64,000 nt of DNA from Candidatus Binatia bacterium (GCA_038245295.1 JBBRSP010000008.1:177985-241984), one strand, 5' to 3'. Positions 30,822 through 45,982 are shown, counted from the first letter of the stretch. Translations and numbers: made by a program. The notes: generated by a model from the letters alone, not told the origin.

Positions 30822-32429
30822 TTAGAACCTCGCTTCCAAGGCAATTGATGCAATCTGTCGATCGTAATCGAACTGGTCCTTATTAGACTGATTCAGCAGT
30901 CCAAAATACCCCAGGTTGAGCCTAAGATGCTCCGTTAGCGGGCGGCTTGCAACCACAATAATGTGGTGTTCCGAGTCGTTGCGTCGCGACCCGAAATATT
31001 CGTTGTCGCCGCTGGTTATGATCGCGCTCGGCTTGGCATAGTGCTCGGTGCGATAGGCGTACTCTGCCGAAGCATCGACCTCGAATGGCAGCGACCACGC
31101 GATCCCAGCGCTGACCTGATGTCCCACATAGGCAAACTTTCTCGGCTGTTCGACGGCATATCGTGCGGGATTTTCCGGCTCGTCCTGATCATACTGATAC
31201 CCGATCGTAAGAGCCTTTTGCGGATCGCCGAACAGATTGAATCGCTGGGTGATCCCCGGCGCGTAGTTCCAGCCATCGCGAATTCGGTAGTCGGGTCCTT
31301 CCTTGCCGGGGGCCGCGTTCGAGTCGGGCGGTTTGAGGAAGTCGCGACGCAGAATCCTCGCGAACACCGTTAGTTCGCCCACCGACCCAAAATTGACTCC
31401 GGCGTAAGGCTCCAACTGGAATTGCCGCAGAAAGTCATCCAACTCGAGTAGGTAATAGTCGTAGCGGACCGTCGCGCCGACGTGGAACGGCTTGAAGAGC
31501 AGATCAAGTTGTCCCATCGGTTCGTGCTGTTGCAGGTCGAATTGGTGCAATTGAAAGTGCAGGCTCTGGTAGAACTCGTAGCCGACAGTGAGACGGGCCC
31601 AGTCGGATCGGCCCAGGAGGTAGTAGCCGCCAAGATTGATCGTGGCGCGCCCGTCGTCCTGGTGGCTGATGCCCAGGGTGTCGAAAGCGACCTGGGCATC
31701 ACCTCCGTTATTGGCGGCCAACACGACGTTGCTGTCGTATTGAAACCCAACCGCGCCGAAGACCTCATAATTGTTGGAGCGGTCGTGGCGGATACGTTCG
31801 ATGAAGGTGGCGGACTCCTTGCCGATCGCGCTTGTCGGCCGGCTCGCGAGCACCTGTTCAAAATGCGACGTGGCCGCGTCGAGCTTTCCGTCTTGATACG
31901 CGACGACGCCGGCATAGTAATGCGCCGCCGGCAGGTCCGGGTTGCGGGCCAGTGCCTGGGCGAGGGCTTCGCGTGCTTCAGGCACTTGCCGAAGACGCAG
32001 GTGGGCGATGCCTTTGAACAGGGCCGCCTGAGCTAGGGTATCGTTTTCTTTGGCTTCTCGAAGAGTCCGATCGAGAGGCGCGAGGGCTTCCTCGAAGTGC
32101 TGTGTTTCGACCAGGGCAATTCCGAGATCGAGGGACGCCTGCTCCAGATCAGGTTTTTCCTGCAGCACCTGCCGCAGGTCGGTTACGGCGCCTTCCGGAT
32201 TACCCAAGCGTGCCCGGGTTACACCACGGTAGTAGCGGGCATAGGAATCGCTGGGATCGGCCTCGACGGCCTTATCGAAGAGCTTGATCGCTTCATCAAA
32301 TTTCTCGGCGTGAAAAGCGACCAGCCCGCGCGAGTAAAGCAGCTTCGACGGTTCCGAGGCTGACGCGACCCCTGCCGCGCACAACCACACCAATCCCACC
32401 AACCCCGCCAGCCGTCGCGCGAACTTCAT
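30822..32429 (-). CDS. TPR-repeat protein with C-terminal outer-membrane beta-barrel
   Basis: Signal peptide, about 5-6 TPRs, then GFQYDSNV and amphipathic strands ending in terminal Phe (LEARF). Confidence 0.8.
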   Translation of the reverse strand: MKFARRLAGLVGLVWLCAAGVASASEPSKLLYSRGLVAFHAEKFDEAIKLFDKAVEADPSDSYARYYRGVTRARLGNPEGAVTDLRQVLQEKPDLEQASLDLGIALVETQHFEEALAPLDRTLREAKENDTLAQAALFKGIAHLRLRQVPEAREALAQALARNPDLPAAHYYAGVVAYQDGKLDAATSHFEQVLASRPTSAIGKESATFIERIRHDRSNNYEVFGAVGFQYDSNVVLAANNGGDAQVAFDTLGISHQDDGRATINLGGYYLLGRSDWARLTVGYEFYQSLHFQLHQFDLQQHEPMGQLDLLFKPFHVGATVRYDYYLLELDDFLRQFQLEPYAGVNFGSVGELTVFARILRRDFLKPPDSNAAPGKEGPDYRIRDGWNYAPGITQRFNLFGDPQKALTIGYQYDQDEPENPARYAVEQPRKFAYVGHQVSAGIAWSLPFEVDASAEYAYRTEHYAKPSAIITSGDNEYFGSRRNDSEHHIIVVASRPLTEHLRLNLGYFGLLNQSNKDQFDYDRQIASIALEARF

Positions 32430-34507
32430 TCAACTACTCCGATCAGAATATCCACTGGCTGCTCACCAACTCCGAAGATCGCCCGCAAGACCTTGTTGGC
32501 GTCCGTCCCGATTACCGACACGCTGTTGGTAAACGAGTTGGTGACGTACACAAATTGCCCATCGGGGGACAGGGCGATGCCGATCGGTACCGAGCCGACG
32601 GGGATGGTCGTGGTGACCGCAAGGGACACAGTGTCGATGACCGACACCGTGTTACTGGCCCGGTTCGTGACATAGAGCACCGAGCCATCTTGTGTCGTGA
32701 CCGCATTCTGCGGGCGCTGATCAACCGGCACGGCCCCGACGACCCGATTGGTGCCGAGGTCGACCACCGATACGTTGTCCGAGCCCGCATTGGGGACGTA
32801 GGCTCGTCGGCCGTCCGGGCTGATGGCAACGCTTTGCGGTCGATTCCCGACGGGAATCGACTCGAGCACGCTGAGTGTCGCCAGGTCGACCACCGAAACC
32901 GTGTCGGAGAATTGATTGGCGACATAGGCGCGCGACCCATCCGAGGACACGGCAACACCGACAGGCATCTCGCCGACGGCAATCGAGTCCGTGACAGTCA
33001 GACTGCTGAGGTCGACGACGGAGACGGAGTGGCTCAATGTGTTGGTCACCAGCAGGCGCGTACCGTCCGGTGTGACACGCAGACCGGCGGGGCGCGAGCC
33101 AACCGCAATGCGGCCGGTGACCCGGTTGGAAACCAGATCGATTACCGAGACGGAATCGGAGACCTGGTTGCTCACGTATAGGAATCGATTGTTGGGAGCG
33201 AGCGCCAGGCCGACCGGTTGGTGTTCGACGCGGATGGATCCCATCTTCTGGTTGGTGATGGTGTCGATGATCGCCACGGTGTCTTCATTGAAGTTCGCGA
33301 CGTAGGCGAGGCTGCGCGGCGCCAGCGTCGGGGTGCGTGTCGCCGTGGATGTCGCGGTCCCAGTCGGGGTAGCGGTTGGCGTGGCGGTGATGGTCGCGGT
33401 TGAGGTCGGGGTTTGTGTTGGCGTGCTCGTCGCCGTCGGTGTCGGCGTCGAGGAGGGCGTCGACGTTGGTGTCGACGTCGGTGTCGCCGTTGGGATGTTG
33501 GTCCATGTCGACGTCGGCGTCGACGTTGCGGTTGGCGTGTGGGTGGATGTGGGTGTGGCTGTTCGCGTGCTCGTTGATGTGGGAGTAAACGTCGGTGTGC
33601 TCGTCACCGTTGGAGTCACGGTTACGGTTGGTGTCGCGGTGGCCGGCGGTGGCACGACCTGGAACGAGTAAGTCAGGTTGGTGTCGCGCACAGGGCTCGA
33701 TGCCGTGCTGCCGGTGATTTGCAGGCTCGCGGTACCGAGTGGCAACATCGGCAAGGTCGCGCTGAGTTTGAAACCTTGTACGTGCAACTCCGCGTTCGGG
33801 CTGCAGTGGGTCGCCCCCGCGTCGCTACACGCGGTTAGCGTAACCGGCACCGGCTGAGGCACACCATTATGGAGGACCGCCAAACTGATCGACGCCTGGT
33901 CTATGCCGCGCACAGCGTCACCAATTACGGCACTGAACGCGATCGGATTGTAGGCGCTGGCGTTCAGCGCTGGCTGCTGGTCGAAAACGAATGGTGTCGA
34001 CGGCACGATCACGTCCCCGGCGCCGACTTGTGTTCCTCCCACAATCGAGACCGTTGCCGGCTCGCTTTCAAAGCTCGGGACTGCCGGGCGGGCCGTGTCG
34101 CACGCCATACCGACGCCCGGCGGGCTCGTGTTGCAGACGCTCGTAATGCCCGCAGGGGCCGGCGCGAAGTCGGTCGCGAAGCCGGCGATGGTGAAGCTGC
34201 CTGGTCCGTTCGGCAGGCCGCTGAGGATCAGCTTCTGTTGTCCGCCTGCCGACGGGATGGATTCGGGTCTCACGGCCAAGCAACAAGCCTCACCGTCGCC
34301 CGGAACATAAACCACTCGCAGCGTTTGTACGGCGTTTGGAAGTTCCTCCCCGTTGGTACCTCCGGGTTGCTCCCACATTACGGAAGCTGACAGCGCGCCG
34401 CCGTTGCCGCCGCTGCTGGCGCCGCCGCTGCTGCCGCTGCTGGTGCATCCTCCCGCCAGGATGGAGATGCCAAGGACCGCAATCCAAAGCCTGTCGAATC
34501 GAGACAT
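32426..34507 (-). CDS. Lipoprotein with Thr/Pro linker and YVTN-type beta-propeller
   Basis: Lipobox LAGGC, Ser/Gly tether, beta-rich domains, T/P linker, about seven 42-aa YV(A/S/T/P)N...VSV(I/V)D repeats. Start 34507 or 34552. Confidence 0.85.
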   Translation of the reverse strand: MSRFDRLWIAVLGISILAGGCTSSGSSGGASSGGNGGALSASVMWEQPGGTNGEELPNAVQTLRVVYVPGDGEACCLAVRPESIPSAGGQQKLILSGLPNGPGSFTIAGFATDFAPAPAGITSVCNTSPPGVGMACDTARPAVPSFESEPATVSIVGGTQVGAGDVIVPSTPFVFDQQPALNASAYNPIAFSAVIGDAVRGIDQASISLAVLHNGVPQPVPVTLTACSDAGATHCSPNAELHVQGFKLSATLPMLPLGTASLQITGSTASSPVRDTNLTYSFQVVPPPATATPTVTVTPTVTSTPTFTPTSTSTRTATPTSTHTPTATSTPTSTWTNIPTATPTSTPTSTPSSTPTPTATSTPTQTPTSTATITATPTATPTGTATSTATRTPTLAPRSLAYVANFNEDTVAIIDTITNQKMGSIRVEHQPVGLALAPNNRFLYVSNQVSDSVSVIDLVSNRVTGRIAVGSRPAGLRVTPDGTRLLVTNTLSHSVSVVDLSSLTVTDSIAVGEMPVGVAVSSDGSRAYVANQFSDTVSVVDLATLSVLESIPVGNRPQSVAISPDGRRAYVPNAGSDNVSVVDLGTNRVVGAVPVDQRPQNAVTTQDGSVLYVTNRASNTVSVIDTVSLAVTTTIPVGSVPIGIALSPDGQFVYVTNSFTNSVSVIGTDANKVLRAIFGVGEQPVDILIGVVE
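33320..33655 (-). repeat. Low-complexity Thr/Pro/Ser/Ala coding repeat (TPT/TAT linker, about 110 aa)
   Basis: [26 protein letters not shown]... in the translation. Confidence 0.85.
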
Positions 34508-34820
34508 TCGGGATCTGTGCAAGGGTGTCGCGATCACTGCGTATGAATTCACTGCGCCCGCCTTCCACCGCGGCTAAAAACCGCCGCAAATCGTGCCGCA
34601 ATTAGTGCATGCGTCGCGTGAAGTAAAGGCGAGAGTATCGCCATAGAAGCCGCCGATTGTTGCAGTCGACGCGGCCACCGCTCTCCACGTGTTTATTGTC
34701 TCGTGCCGAGAGTTCGCGCGTGGTAGGCAGCAAATGAGCGTCTCTTCTCCAGTCGTTAGTCGAATTGAGCCCGACCCGTATTGCGCTGCGTCATGCGCTC
34801 GATAGGATCCACCAACTCGA

Positions 34821-35483
34821 ATGGCACAGACGTTTCATCGAAGTACGAACACCCTGGCGCGCTTGAGTATCTTTGGCGCGCTGTTCGTGGTCGCACTCCT
34901 CGGCTGGGCGCTCAATGCGCTCAACCGCTCGGGGTACGTGACCCAGGCCGGAGTGGCGCGTGCGCAGCCGATTCCCTTCAGTCACCGGCACCATGCCGGT
35001 GAGCTGGGTATCGACTGCCGCTATTGCCATTCCTCGGTCGAGAACACGGCGATCGCCGGAGTTCCACCGACGAAAACGTGCATCAACTGTCATGCGCAGA
35101 TCTGGGTCGACAGTCCGACACTGGAGCCGGTGCGTTCGAGTTTTCGCAGCGACAAGTCGATCAGCTGGACGAAAGTGCACGATCTCCCGGACTTCGTGTA
35201 CTTCAACCACAGCATCCACGTGAACAAGGGTGTGGGCTGCGTGTCGTGCCACGGGCGGATCGATCGGATGAATTTGACCTGGCAGGAGAACTCCCTGCAG
35301 ATGGAGTGGTGTCTGAATTGCCATCGTCACCCAGAAGAGTTCGTGCGTCCCAAGGATCAGGTCTTCAATATGAGCTGGTCGCCGAACGAGAACGAGCCCC
35401 AGGCGCAGCTCGGTGCGCGATTGGTCGGCGAGTACAAAATCCAAAAGCAGCAGTTGACGAACTGCTCGATCTGTCACCGGTGA
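34821..35483 (+). CDS. actA: Alternative complex III pentaheme cytochrome c
   Basis: QPIPFSHRHH, five CxxCH, LPDFVYFNHSIH. Confidence 0.94.
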   Translation: MAQTFHRSTNTLARLSIFGALFVVALLGWALNALNRSGYVTQAGVARAQPIPFSHRHHAGELGIDCRYCHSSVENTAIAGVPPTKTCINCHAQIWVDSPTLEPVRSSFRSDKSISWTKVHDLPDFVYFNHSIHVNKGVGCVSCHGRIDRMNLTWQENSLQMEWCLNCHRHPEEFVRPKDQVFNMSWSPNENEPQAQLGARLVGEYKIQKQQLTNCSICHR

Positions 35484-35490
35484 TTTTCCA

Positions 35491-38468
<2,978 letters not shown>

Positions 38469-38472
<4 letters not shown>

Positions 38473-39839
38473 GCGCGCCGGTCCAAAACCCGCAACACGG
38501 ACCAATCATCGGTCCGGGACATACGTTTCGTTCGGTAACCGACAAGATCAGTGCCGTCGTTTTGTCGCGGCAGCCGGTTGCCTGGTTCATCGGCTTCGGC
38601 ATCTCGTTCCTGCTGGCCAACCTGTTGCTCGTGTCGATTGCCAACCTGCTTTTCCGTGGGATCGGCATTTGGGGCGTCAACATTCCGGTTGGCTGGGGCT
38701 TCGACATCATCAACTTTGTTTGGTGGATCGGCATCGGCCACGCCGGAACCTTGATCTCCGCCATCTTGCTTTTGTTTCGTCAGGAGTGGCGTACGTCGAT
38801 CAACCGCTTCGCCGAAGCGATGACGTTGTTTGCCGTCGCCTGCGCCGGGTTGTACCCGGTCCTCCACCTAGGCCGCCCCTGGCTGGCGTACTGGCTGTTC
38901 CCGATTCCCAACACGATGGGCATCTGGCCGAACTTCCGCAGTCCGCTGATGTGGGACGTATTCGCAGTCTCGACGTATGCAACGGTGTCCATGCTGTTCT
39001 GGTTTGTCGGGTTGATTCCTGACCTGGCGACCTTGCGGGACCGTTCACAGAGTCGGGTCGGCAAAGTCATTTACGGCACGCTCGCCATGGGTTGGCGGGG
39101 CGCGGCGAAGCACTGGCACCGCTACGAGACGGCATACCTGCTGCTCGCCGGCCTCTCGACCCCGCTCGTGGTGTCGGTGCACACGATCGTTAGCTTCGAC
39201 TTCGCGGTGGGTGTCATCCCTGGTTGGCACGCGACAATCTTCCCGCCGTACTTCGTCGCCGGTGCCGTGTTCGCCGGATTTGCCATGGTGCTCACGCTGT
39301 CGATCCCGTTGCGCAAACTTTATGGTCTCGAGGATTTTATCACCCAGCGTCACCTCAACAACATGGCGCGCGTGATGTTGGCCACCGGGATGGTCGTTGC
39401 ATACGGCTATCTGATGGAAATCTTCATGGCCTGGTACAGCGGCAATACCTTTGAGAGCTTCATGGTGTTGAACCGATTCTTTGGACCATATTGGCCACTG
39501 TATTGGCTCCTCATCGTTTGCAACATCGGGGCGCCGCAATTCCTATGGTTTAAGCGCGTGCGCGCCAATCCGCTGGCGCTGTTCGTTGTGGCCATGTTCG
39601 TCAACGTTGGCATGTGGCTCGAGCGCTTCGTGATCATCGTGGTCAGTTTGTCGCGTGACTTCCTGCCGTCGTCGTGGGGCATCTACCACGGTACATTTTG
39701 GGACTGGAGTACCTTCATTGGCACGATGGGGTTGTTCATGAGTTTGCTGTTCCTGTTCATCCGCTTCTTGCCGATGATCTCGATCTTCGAGATGCGCACC
39801 CTGGTTCCCGAGGCTGAGGTGAAGGAGGATCTGGTATGA
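38469..39839 (+). CDS. actC: ACIII quinol-binding NrfD-like subunit
   Basis: [39 protein letters not shown]. Confidence 0.95.
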
Positions 39840-40378
39840 GTCGCCAGCCTCGTATCTATGGCCTGCTCGCCGAGTTTGCCGAGCCCAATGAACTGATTGC
39901 CGCCATCAAGCGCACGCGTGAGGCCGGCTTCACGGTGCTTGAGGCCTATACGCCGATGCCCATCGAGGAAGTCTTTGAAGCGCTCGACTTTCACCACAAT
40001 CGACTCCCCTTACTGGTGCTCATTGGCGGCATCGTCGGGGCCTGTGGAGGCTTGGGCCTTCAGTACTATACGTCGGTGATCGACTATCCGCTGAACATTG
40101 GCGGTCGGCCCTTCTTCAGTTGGCCGTCGTTTATCCCGATCACGTTCGAGTCGACGATTCTCGTCGCCGCGCTGGCCGCGGTGATGGGCATGCTTGCCCT
40201 CAATGGTTTGCCCATGCCGCATCATCCGCTGTTCAGTGTGCCGCGCTTCGCACGGGCGAGCCGCGACGGTTTCTTCCTGTGCATCGAGGCGACCGATCCC
40301 AAATTCGATCGTGACGATACGCGCCGCTTTTTGGAACGACTGGTGCCGCGCACGGTGAGCGAGGTCGAGGACGAATGA
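39836..40378 (+). CDS. actD: ACIII subunit D (DUF3341)
   Basis: [21 protein letters not shown]; position in operon. Confidence 0.92.
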   Translation: MSRQPRIYGLLAEFAEPNELIAAIKRTREAGFTVLEAYTPMPIEEVFEALDFHHNRLPLLVLIGGIVGACGGLGLQYYTSVIDYPLNIGGRPFFSWPSFIPITFESTILVAALAAVMGMLALNGLPMPHHPLFSVPRFARASRDGFFLCIEATDPKFDRDDTRRFLERLVPRTVSEVEDE

Positions 40379-40995
40379 TGACCCGCATCTACGTGATCGT
40401 GGCGTTTGCCACCTGCGTCGGCCTGGTCGGCTGCCGGCAGGACATGCACGACCAGGCAAAGTACAAGCCCTTCAAAGCGAGCAAGTTCTTCGAGGACGGT
40501 CGTGGTTCACGACCGTTGCTTGCCGACACGGTCGCTCGCGGCCAATTGAACGACGACGAGTTGCTGTATACCGGCAAGGTGAATGGTGCGCTGGCGAGTG
40601 AGTTCCCCTTCGCCATGACGAAAGAGATCCTGCACCGTGGCCAAGAGCGCTACAATATATTCTGTTCACCTTGTCACGACCGCGTCGGCAACGGTGAAGG
40701 GATGATTGTCCAGCGCGGCTATCGCCGCCCGCCGTCGCTGCACCTCGACCGCCTGCGCGACCAGCAGCCGGGATATTTCTTCGACGTCATGACGAATGGC
40801 TTCGGTGTGATGCCCAACTATGCGCAGCAGATCCCCGTGGCGGATCGCTGGGCCATTGCCGGCTACGTCCGTGCTTTGCAACTCAGCCAACGCGCCATGC
40901 TCGCCGATGTTCCGGCGGCGGATCGTGGCCAGCTTGATGCACCCATCGCGGCCTCTTCGGCCCCTGCGGCAGCACACGGGGGGCACCATGAGTAA
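40375..40995 (+). CDS. actE: ACIII monoheme lipoprotein
   Basis: Lipobox LVGC, RQDMHDQ, CSPCH, MP, DRWAI. Confidence 0.92.
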   Translation: MMTRIYVIVAFATCVGLVGCRQDMHDQAKYKPFKASKFFEDGRGSRPLLADTVARGQLNDDELLYTGKVNGALASEFPFAMTKEILHRGQERYNIFCSPCHDRVGNGEGMIVQRGYRRPPSLHLDRLRDQQPGYFFDVMTNGFGVMPNYAQQIPVADRWAIAGYVRALQLSQRAMLADVPAADRGQLDAPIAASSAPAAAHGGHHE

Positions 40996-42172
40996 GCACC
41001 ACTTCGACGCTCCCCTGTTGGAAGCCAATCATCGCCTGGTGCGACTCCAGGGCCCGGCGCTGACCGTTGGTCTGGCAGGGTTGGCTTTGTGCGGCATCGG
41101 CGCGGCGTTCGGCGCCGAACAGTTCTTTCGCTCGTACCTGGTCGCCTACTTGTTTTGGTTCGGCATCGCCATGGGCTGCATGGCAATTCTCATGATCTAT
41201 CACATCACCGGTGGCGCCTGGGGGGCGGTAACACGACGGGCCCTCGAGGCGGCGACGCGGACCTTCCCGCTGCTCGCCGTGTTGTTTGTACCGATCGCCC
41301 TCGGTGTCGGCTCGCTCTACCAATGGGCGGATCCCCAAATCGTCGCCCACGACCCGTTGCTGCAGCACAAGGCGCCGTATCTGAACGTGCCGTTCTTCCT
41401 GGGGCGCGCCGTCTTCTATTTCATCGTGTGGAATCTCTTTGCGCGCGCCCTGAATTACTGGTCGCTCGAACAGGATCGGCGCGACGACGACAAAGCGATC
41501 GAGCGCCTGGAAGTTCTCGGTCGCTCCGGGTTGGTAGCGACGGGCCTCACGGTAACCTTCGCGTCCATCGACTGGGCCATGTCTCTCGAACCACATTGGC
41601 AGTCAACGATTTACGGTGTTCTCATCGTCGGCGGTCAGCTTCTGGCGGCAGTGGCGTTCATGATCACCATCTCCGCCGCTCTGATGCAGAACAACGGACC
41701 ACTCGCGAAAGTAATCGGTAAGGATCAGTTTCACGATCTGGGTAAGTTGCTGCTCGCCTACACCGTACTGTGGGGCTATTTTTCGCTGTCCCAGTTCCTC
41801 ATCATTTGGTCGGCCAACCTTCCCGAAGAGATTCCATTCTACTTGAAGCGGTTGAACGGTGGGTGGCAGTATGTCGGCATCGCCCTTGTACTCTTCCACT
41901 TCGCCCTGCCGTTCATCATCCTGCTGTCGCGCGACGTCAAGCGGGATGCCCGGATGCTGGCACTCGTGGCGATGTGGGTCTTGGTGATGCGGTTCATCGA
42001 TCTCTATTGGTTGATCACACCGGCCTTCCATCCCGCCGAGTTTTCGGTTCACTGGATGGACCTTGCCGCCGTCATCGGCGTCGGCGGGGTCTGGTTGTGG
42101 GCTTTTGTTGGTCAGTTGAAGGCCAGAGCGCTGATCGTTCTCAACGATCCCTCGCTACCGGAGACGCACTGA
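40988..42172 (+). CDS. actF: ACIII subunit F
   Basis: YLNVPFF, DWAMSLEPHWQST, HDLGKLL, QFLIIWSANLPEE. ATG at 40988 overlaps actE. Confidence 0.92.
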   Translation: MSKHHFDAPLLEANHRLVRLQGPALTVGLAGLALCGIGAAFGAEQFFRSYLVAYLFWFGIAMGCMAILMIYHITGGAWGAVTRRALEAATRTFPLLAVLFVPIALGVGSLYQWADPQIVAHDPLLQHKAPYLNVPFFLGRAVFYFIVWNLFARALNYWSLEQDRRDDDKAIERLEVLGRSGLVATGLTVTFASIDWAMSLEPHWQSTIYGVLIVGGQLLAAVAFMITISAALMQNNGPLAKVIGKDQFHDLGKLLLAYTVLWGYFSLSQFLIIWSANLPEEIPFYLKRLNGGWQYVGIALVLFHFALPFIILLSRDVKRDARMLALVAMWVLVMRFIDLYWLITPAFHPAEFSVHWMDLAAVIGVGGVWLWAFVGQLKARALIVLNDPSLPETH

Positions 42173-42579
42173 TGTCAGCGCATTCGAAGCATACCGCGCC
42201 CACCGGAAGCCACGAAGAGAGCGACGTTTCGGCGCGCCCGGTGCTGTTCGGCGGTGCCGTTATCGTCGTTCTCTCGTTGGCCAGCTTCCTGATCGTCAAG
42301 GCCGTCTTCCATTCATATACGACGGGTGAAGTCGCCCTGAGCCCCGAGGCGAATCCGCTGAGCTCCAGCTATGGGCGCAGCACGCCGCCTGATCCGCGCT
42401 TGCAGACCGATCCACTCGGCGATCTCAAGCGGCTGCGTGACTCGGAAGACCTCACTCTCGGCCATTACGCATGGGTCGACAAATCCGCTGGTACCGTGCG
42501 GTTGCCGATCAACCGTGCCATCGATCTGATCGCCGCGCGCGGCTTGCCGTCTCGTCGCGGCACCGAGGGGGCTCGATGA
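42172..42579 (+). CDS. actG: ACIII subunit G-like single-TM protein
   Basis: HEESD, one TM, PPDPRLQ, YAWVD...RLPINRAI. TGATG coupling to actF. Confidence 0.8.
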   Translation: MSAHSKHTAPTGSHEESDVSARPVLFGGAVIVVLSLASFLIVKAVFHSYTTGEVALSPEANPLSSSYGRSTPPDPRLQTDPLGDLKRLRDSEDLTLGHYAWVDKSAGTVRLPINRAIDLIAARGLPSRRGTEGAR

Positions 42580-43430
42580 GCCGTCGTTTTTCGACTGCTG
42601 CCGTGCTGGCGTGCGCCGCCCTGCTTGTCGGCAAAGCGCAGGCACAGTCACAGGGGATGGTGCCGGAAACGTCGCGTCCGCCGATTCTCCGCAATGTCGG
42701 TATTGATCAGCGGCTGAACGAGTCTGTGCCGCTCGATCTGCCGTTCCGAGACGAAGCCGGCAAGAGCGTTCACCTCGGTGACTACTTCGGTCAGCGTCCC
42801 ATCGTCTTGGCCCTCGCGTACTACGAATGTCCAATGTTGTGCACGCTCGTGCTCAATGGCGTGGCGAGCGCGGTCAAAGGGCTTGGGTTGAAACCAGGCA
42901 TCGACTTCGATGTGGTCGTTGTCAGCTTTGACGCGCGTGAGACGCCAGCCTTGGCGGCAGCCAAGAAGGCCAACCTCCTGAAGGAATATGGCCAACTCGA
43001 TGCGGCCGCGGGTTGGCATTTTCTGACCGGCGACCAGGGGCCCATCGACCAACTGACCCACGCCACCGGGTTTCGCTACGTCTACGACGAAGTATCGAAG
43101 CAATTTGCGCACTCGGCGGCCATCATGGTGCTGACGCCCGCCGGCGTGCTGGCGCGGTATTACTACGGCGTCGAGTACGCGCCGCGCGACGTCCGGCTTG
43201 GGTTGGTCGAGGCGGCGAATGGCAAGATTGGCACGCCTGTCGATCAGTTCCTGCTCTTTTGTTTTCACTACGACCCGGCGACCGGGACCTACGGGACAAT
43301 TGCGATGAACAGTGTCCGCCTCGGCGGAGTTTTGACGGTTGTCACTTTAGTCGGGTTCATCGTCACCATGTTGCGGCGGGAACGCCGCCAGGCGCGTCCG
43401 GCAGTGGCCGGCGCCGAAAGAGTAAGGTAG
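42576..43430 (+). CDS. SCO family copper chaperone
   Basis: GIDQRL, CPMLC (CxxxC), WHFLTG, FAH. Confidence 0.9.
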   Translation: MSRRFSTAAVLACAALLVGKAQAQSQGMVPETSRPPILRNVGIDQRLNESVPLDLPFRDEAGKSVHLGDYFGQRPIVLALAYYECPMLCTLVLNGVASAVKGLGLKPGIDFDVVVVSFDARETPALAAAKKANLLKEYGQLDAAAGWHFLTGDQGPIDQLTHATGFRYVYDEVSKQFAHSAAIMVLTPAGVLARYYYGVEYAPRDVRLGLVEAANGKIGTPVDQFLLFCFHYDPATGTYGTIAMNSVRLGGVLTVVTLVGFIVTMLRRERRQARPAVAGAERVR

Positions 43431-43437
43431 AGCGGCC

Positions 43438-44364
43438 ATGTTTTCGAGCCTGCCACTTTTCCCCGAACAAGCCTCGACGATGGCCGGGCGCGTTGACGCG
43501 CTCTTCTTTTTCCTCGTCGGTGTGAGTTCTCTGTTTTCCGTTTTGATCGCCGTCCTGCTCGTCACGTTTGCGATGCGCTACCGGCGCAAGCACAGCGACG
43601 ACGTTGGTGAGGCGGTCCATGGCTCGCTGGTCCTCGAGATCGGCTGGAGTATTATCCCCTTCGCCCTGGCGATGATCATGTTCGCGTGGGGTGCCAAGAT
43701 CTACGTGGCGATGGCGAGTCCTCCGGCGGATGCGCTGCAAGTCAACGTAGTCGGCAGGCAGTGGATGTGGAAACTCCAGCACATGGAGGGCCGGCGCGAA
43801 ATAAACGAACTGCACGTTCCTCGCGGCCGACCCGTAAAGCTTAATCTGACGTCGGAAGATGTGATTCACAGCTTCTACGTGCCGGCGTTCCGCGTCAAAG
43901 CCGATGCCATCCCGGGGCGTTACACGAGCCTCTGGTTCGAAGCCACGAAGCCTGGCCGTTACCATTTGTTCTGCGCCGAGTACTGCGGCACGCAGCACTC
44001 TGGCATGATCGGTAGTGTCATTGTCATGGAACCGGACGACTACCAGGCATGGCTTGGCGGGAGTGCCCCGGGCGGATCAGTTGCTTCCACCGGGGCCCAA
44101 TTGTTCACGCAGCTTGGTTGCGCCACCTGCCATCAGAAGGGCGACGGGCAACGCGGCCCGAGCCTCGTTGGCGTCTTTGGTAAGTCGGTCCAGTTGAAGA
44201 CTGGCGAATCCGTTGTCGCCGACGAGGGTTACCTGCGCGAATCGATTCTAAATCCACAAGCCAAGGTGGTAGCCGGCTTCGAACCGGTGATGCCGACCTT
44301 CAAGGGCTTGGTGAGTGAGGAAGGTCTGATGCAGCTCATCACCTTCATCAAGGAACAGGGGTAG
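43438..44364 (+). CDS. ctaC: Cytochrome c oxidase subunit II with fused cytochrome c (caa3)
   Basis: [17 protein letters not shown]uA motif, C-terminal CATCH...MP. Confidence 0.96.
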   Translation: MFSSLPLFPEQASTMAGRVDALFFFLVGVSSLFSVLIAVLLVTFAMRYRRKHSDDVGEAVHGSLVLEIGWSIIPFALAMIMFAWGAKIYVAMASPPADALQVNVVGRQWMWKLQHMEGRREINELHVPRGRPVKLNLTSEDVIHSFYVPAFRVKADAIPGRYTSLWFEATKPGRYHLFCAEYCGTQHSGMIGSVIVMEPDDYQAWLGGSAPGGSVASTGAQLFTQLGCATCHQKGDGQRGPSLVGVFGKSVQLKTGESVVADEGYLRESILNPQAKVVAGFEPVMPTFKGLVSEEGLMQLITFIKEQG

Positions 44365-44371
44365 TTCGGCC

Positions 44372-45982
44372 ATGCAAGCTCAAGAGTCGCGGACAAACTA
44401 CCTAAACGCCAACTACGGCATTCGGTCGTGGCTGCTCACCGTGGATCACAAGCGCATCGGCTTGCTCTATCTTGGGTCGGTCACCTTTTTCTTCATTATC
44501 GGCGGCTTGTTCGCCGGCGCCATCCGTCTCGAGCTGCTCACGCCAGCGGGCGATCTGGTGGAGTCGGACACCTACAACAAACTATTCACGATGCACGGCA
44601 TCATAATGGTGTTCTTCTTTCTGATTCCATCGATCCCCTCCGTGCTCGGAAACTTCTTGATTCCAATCATGATCGGGGCGCGCGATTTGGCATTCCCCCG
44701 ACTGAATCTCCTGAGCTGGTACATCTATCTGGTGGGCTCGTCGTTTACGCTTTACGCCATGGTCACCGGCGGCGTCGATACAGGATGGACCTTCTACACG
44801 CCGTTCAGCACGTCGATGTCGAACACTAACGTAATTCCCACCGCGTTGGGTATCTTCATCAACGGGTTCTCGTCGATCCTCACCGGGTTGAACTTCATCG
44901 TGACGATTCACCGGATGCGAGCGCCTGGACTCACATGGTTCCGTCTGCCGCTGTTTGTGTGGGCGCACTACGCCACCAGCTTGATTATGGTTCTCGGCAC
45001 TCCGGTGCTGGCGATCACCATCATCATGGTCGGCTTGGAGCGTGGCTTCCATCTCGGCATCTTCGATCCTGCACTCGGCGGCGATCCGCTTCTTTTCCAG
45101 CACTTGTTCTGGTTCTATTCCCACCCCGCTGTGTACATCATGATCCTGCCCTCGATGGGGGTGATCAGCGAAGTCATCACCTGCTTTTCGCGTAAGCGCA
45201 TCTTCGGTTACGAGTTCGTCGCAATCTCCAGCTTGGCGATCGCCGCCCTCGGCTTCCTGGTGTGGGCACACCACATGTTCGTCACCGGCATGTCGGTTTA
45301 TGCGGCAATGATTTTTTCGTTCCTGAGCTTCGCCGTCGCGATTCCATCGGCGGTCAAGGTGTTCAACTGGACCGCGACGTTGTTCAAAGGATCGGTGTCG
45401 TTTGAAGCTCCAATGATTTACGCACTCGGCTTCATCGGCTTATTTACCATCGGCGGCCTGACGGGACTCTTCCTGTCGAGCCTCGGTGTCGACGTACACG
45501 TCACCGATACCTACTTCGTCGTGGCCCACTTCCACTACATTATGGTGGGCGGCGCAATCATGGGGTACATGGCGGGCCTGCATTTTTGGTGGCCGAAGAT
45601 CAGCGGCCGTTTGTACCCCGAGGTGTGGGCACGCATCGCCGCGGTCATCATCTTCCTCGGCTTCAATCTCACGTTCTTCCCGCAGTTTGTGCTCGGATAC
45701 ATGGGTATGCCACGCCGCTATCATGCGTATCCGGACGAGTTCCAGGTGCTCAACGTGATGTCGACCGCCGGCGCCTCGATTCTCGGCGTCGGGTATCTGT
45801 TGCCGTTGATCTATTTCGCCTGGTCGATGCGGTACGGGCCGATCGCTAGCTCCAATCCGTGGCGGGCCGCTGGCCTGGAATGGCAGACTCCCTCGCCGCC
45901 GCCGACCGAAAACTTCGAAGTAACTCCAATCGTCACTCAGGAAGCATATACGTATCCGGTGCAGGAGGTGACCGTTGGCTAA
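44372..45982 (+). CDS. ctaD: Cytochrome c oxidase subunit I (A2 type)
   Basis: [20 protein letters not shown] (YS motif), WAHHM, VAHFHY, MPRRY. Confidence 0.98.
   Translation: MQAQESRTNYLNANYGIRSWLLTVDHKRIGLLYLGSVTFFFIIGGLFAGAIRLELLTPAGDLVESDTYNKLFTMHGIIMVFFFLIPSIPSVLGNFLIPIMIGARDLAFPRLNLLSWYIYLVGSSFTLYAMVTGGVDTGWTFYTPFSTSMSNTNVIPTALGIFINGFSSILTGLNFIVTIHRMRAPGLTWFRLPLFVWAHYATSLIMVLGTPVLAITIIMVGLERGFHLGIFDPALGGDPLLFQHLFWFYSHPAVYIMILPSMGVISEVITCFSRKRIFGYEFVAISSLAIAALGFLVWAHHMFVTGMSVYAAMIFSFLSFAVAIPSAVKVFNWTATLFKGSVSFEAPMIYALGFIGLFTIGGLTGLFLSSLGVDVHVTDTYFVVAHFHYIMVGGAIMGYMAGLHFWWPKISGRLYPEVWARIAAVIIFLGFNLTFFPQFVLGYMGMPRRYHAYPDEFQVLNVMSTAGASILGVGYLLPLIYFAWSMRYGPIASSNPWRAAGLEWQTPSPPPTENFEVTPIVTQEAYTYPVQEVTVG

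Noticed and set aside
32440..33655. Periodic repeats as a possible CRISPR or tandem array
   Set aside because: They are degenerate coding repeats (YVTN blades and T/P linker), with no identical repeats separated by unique spacers.
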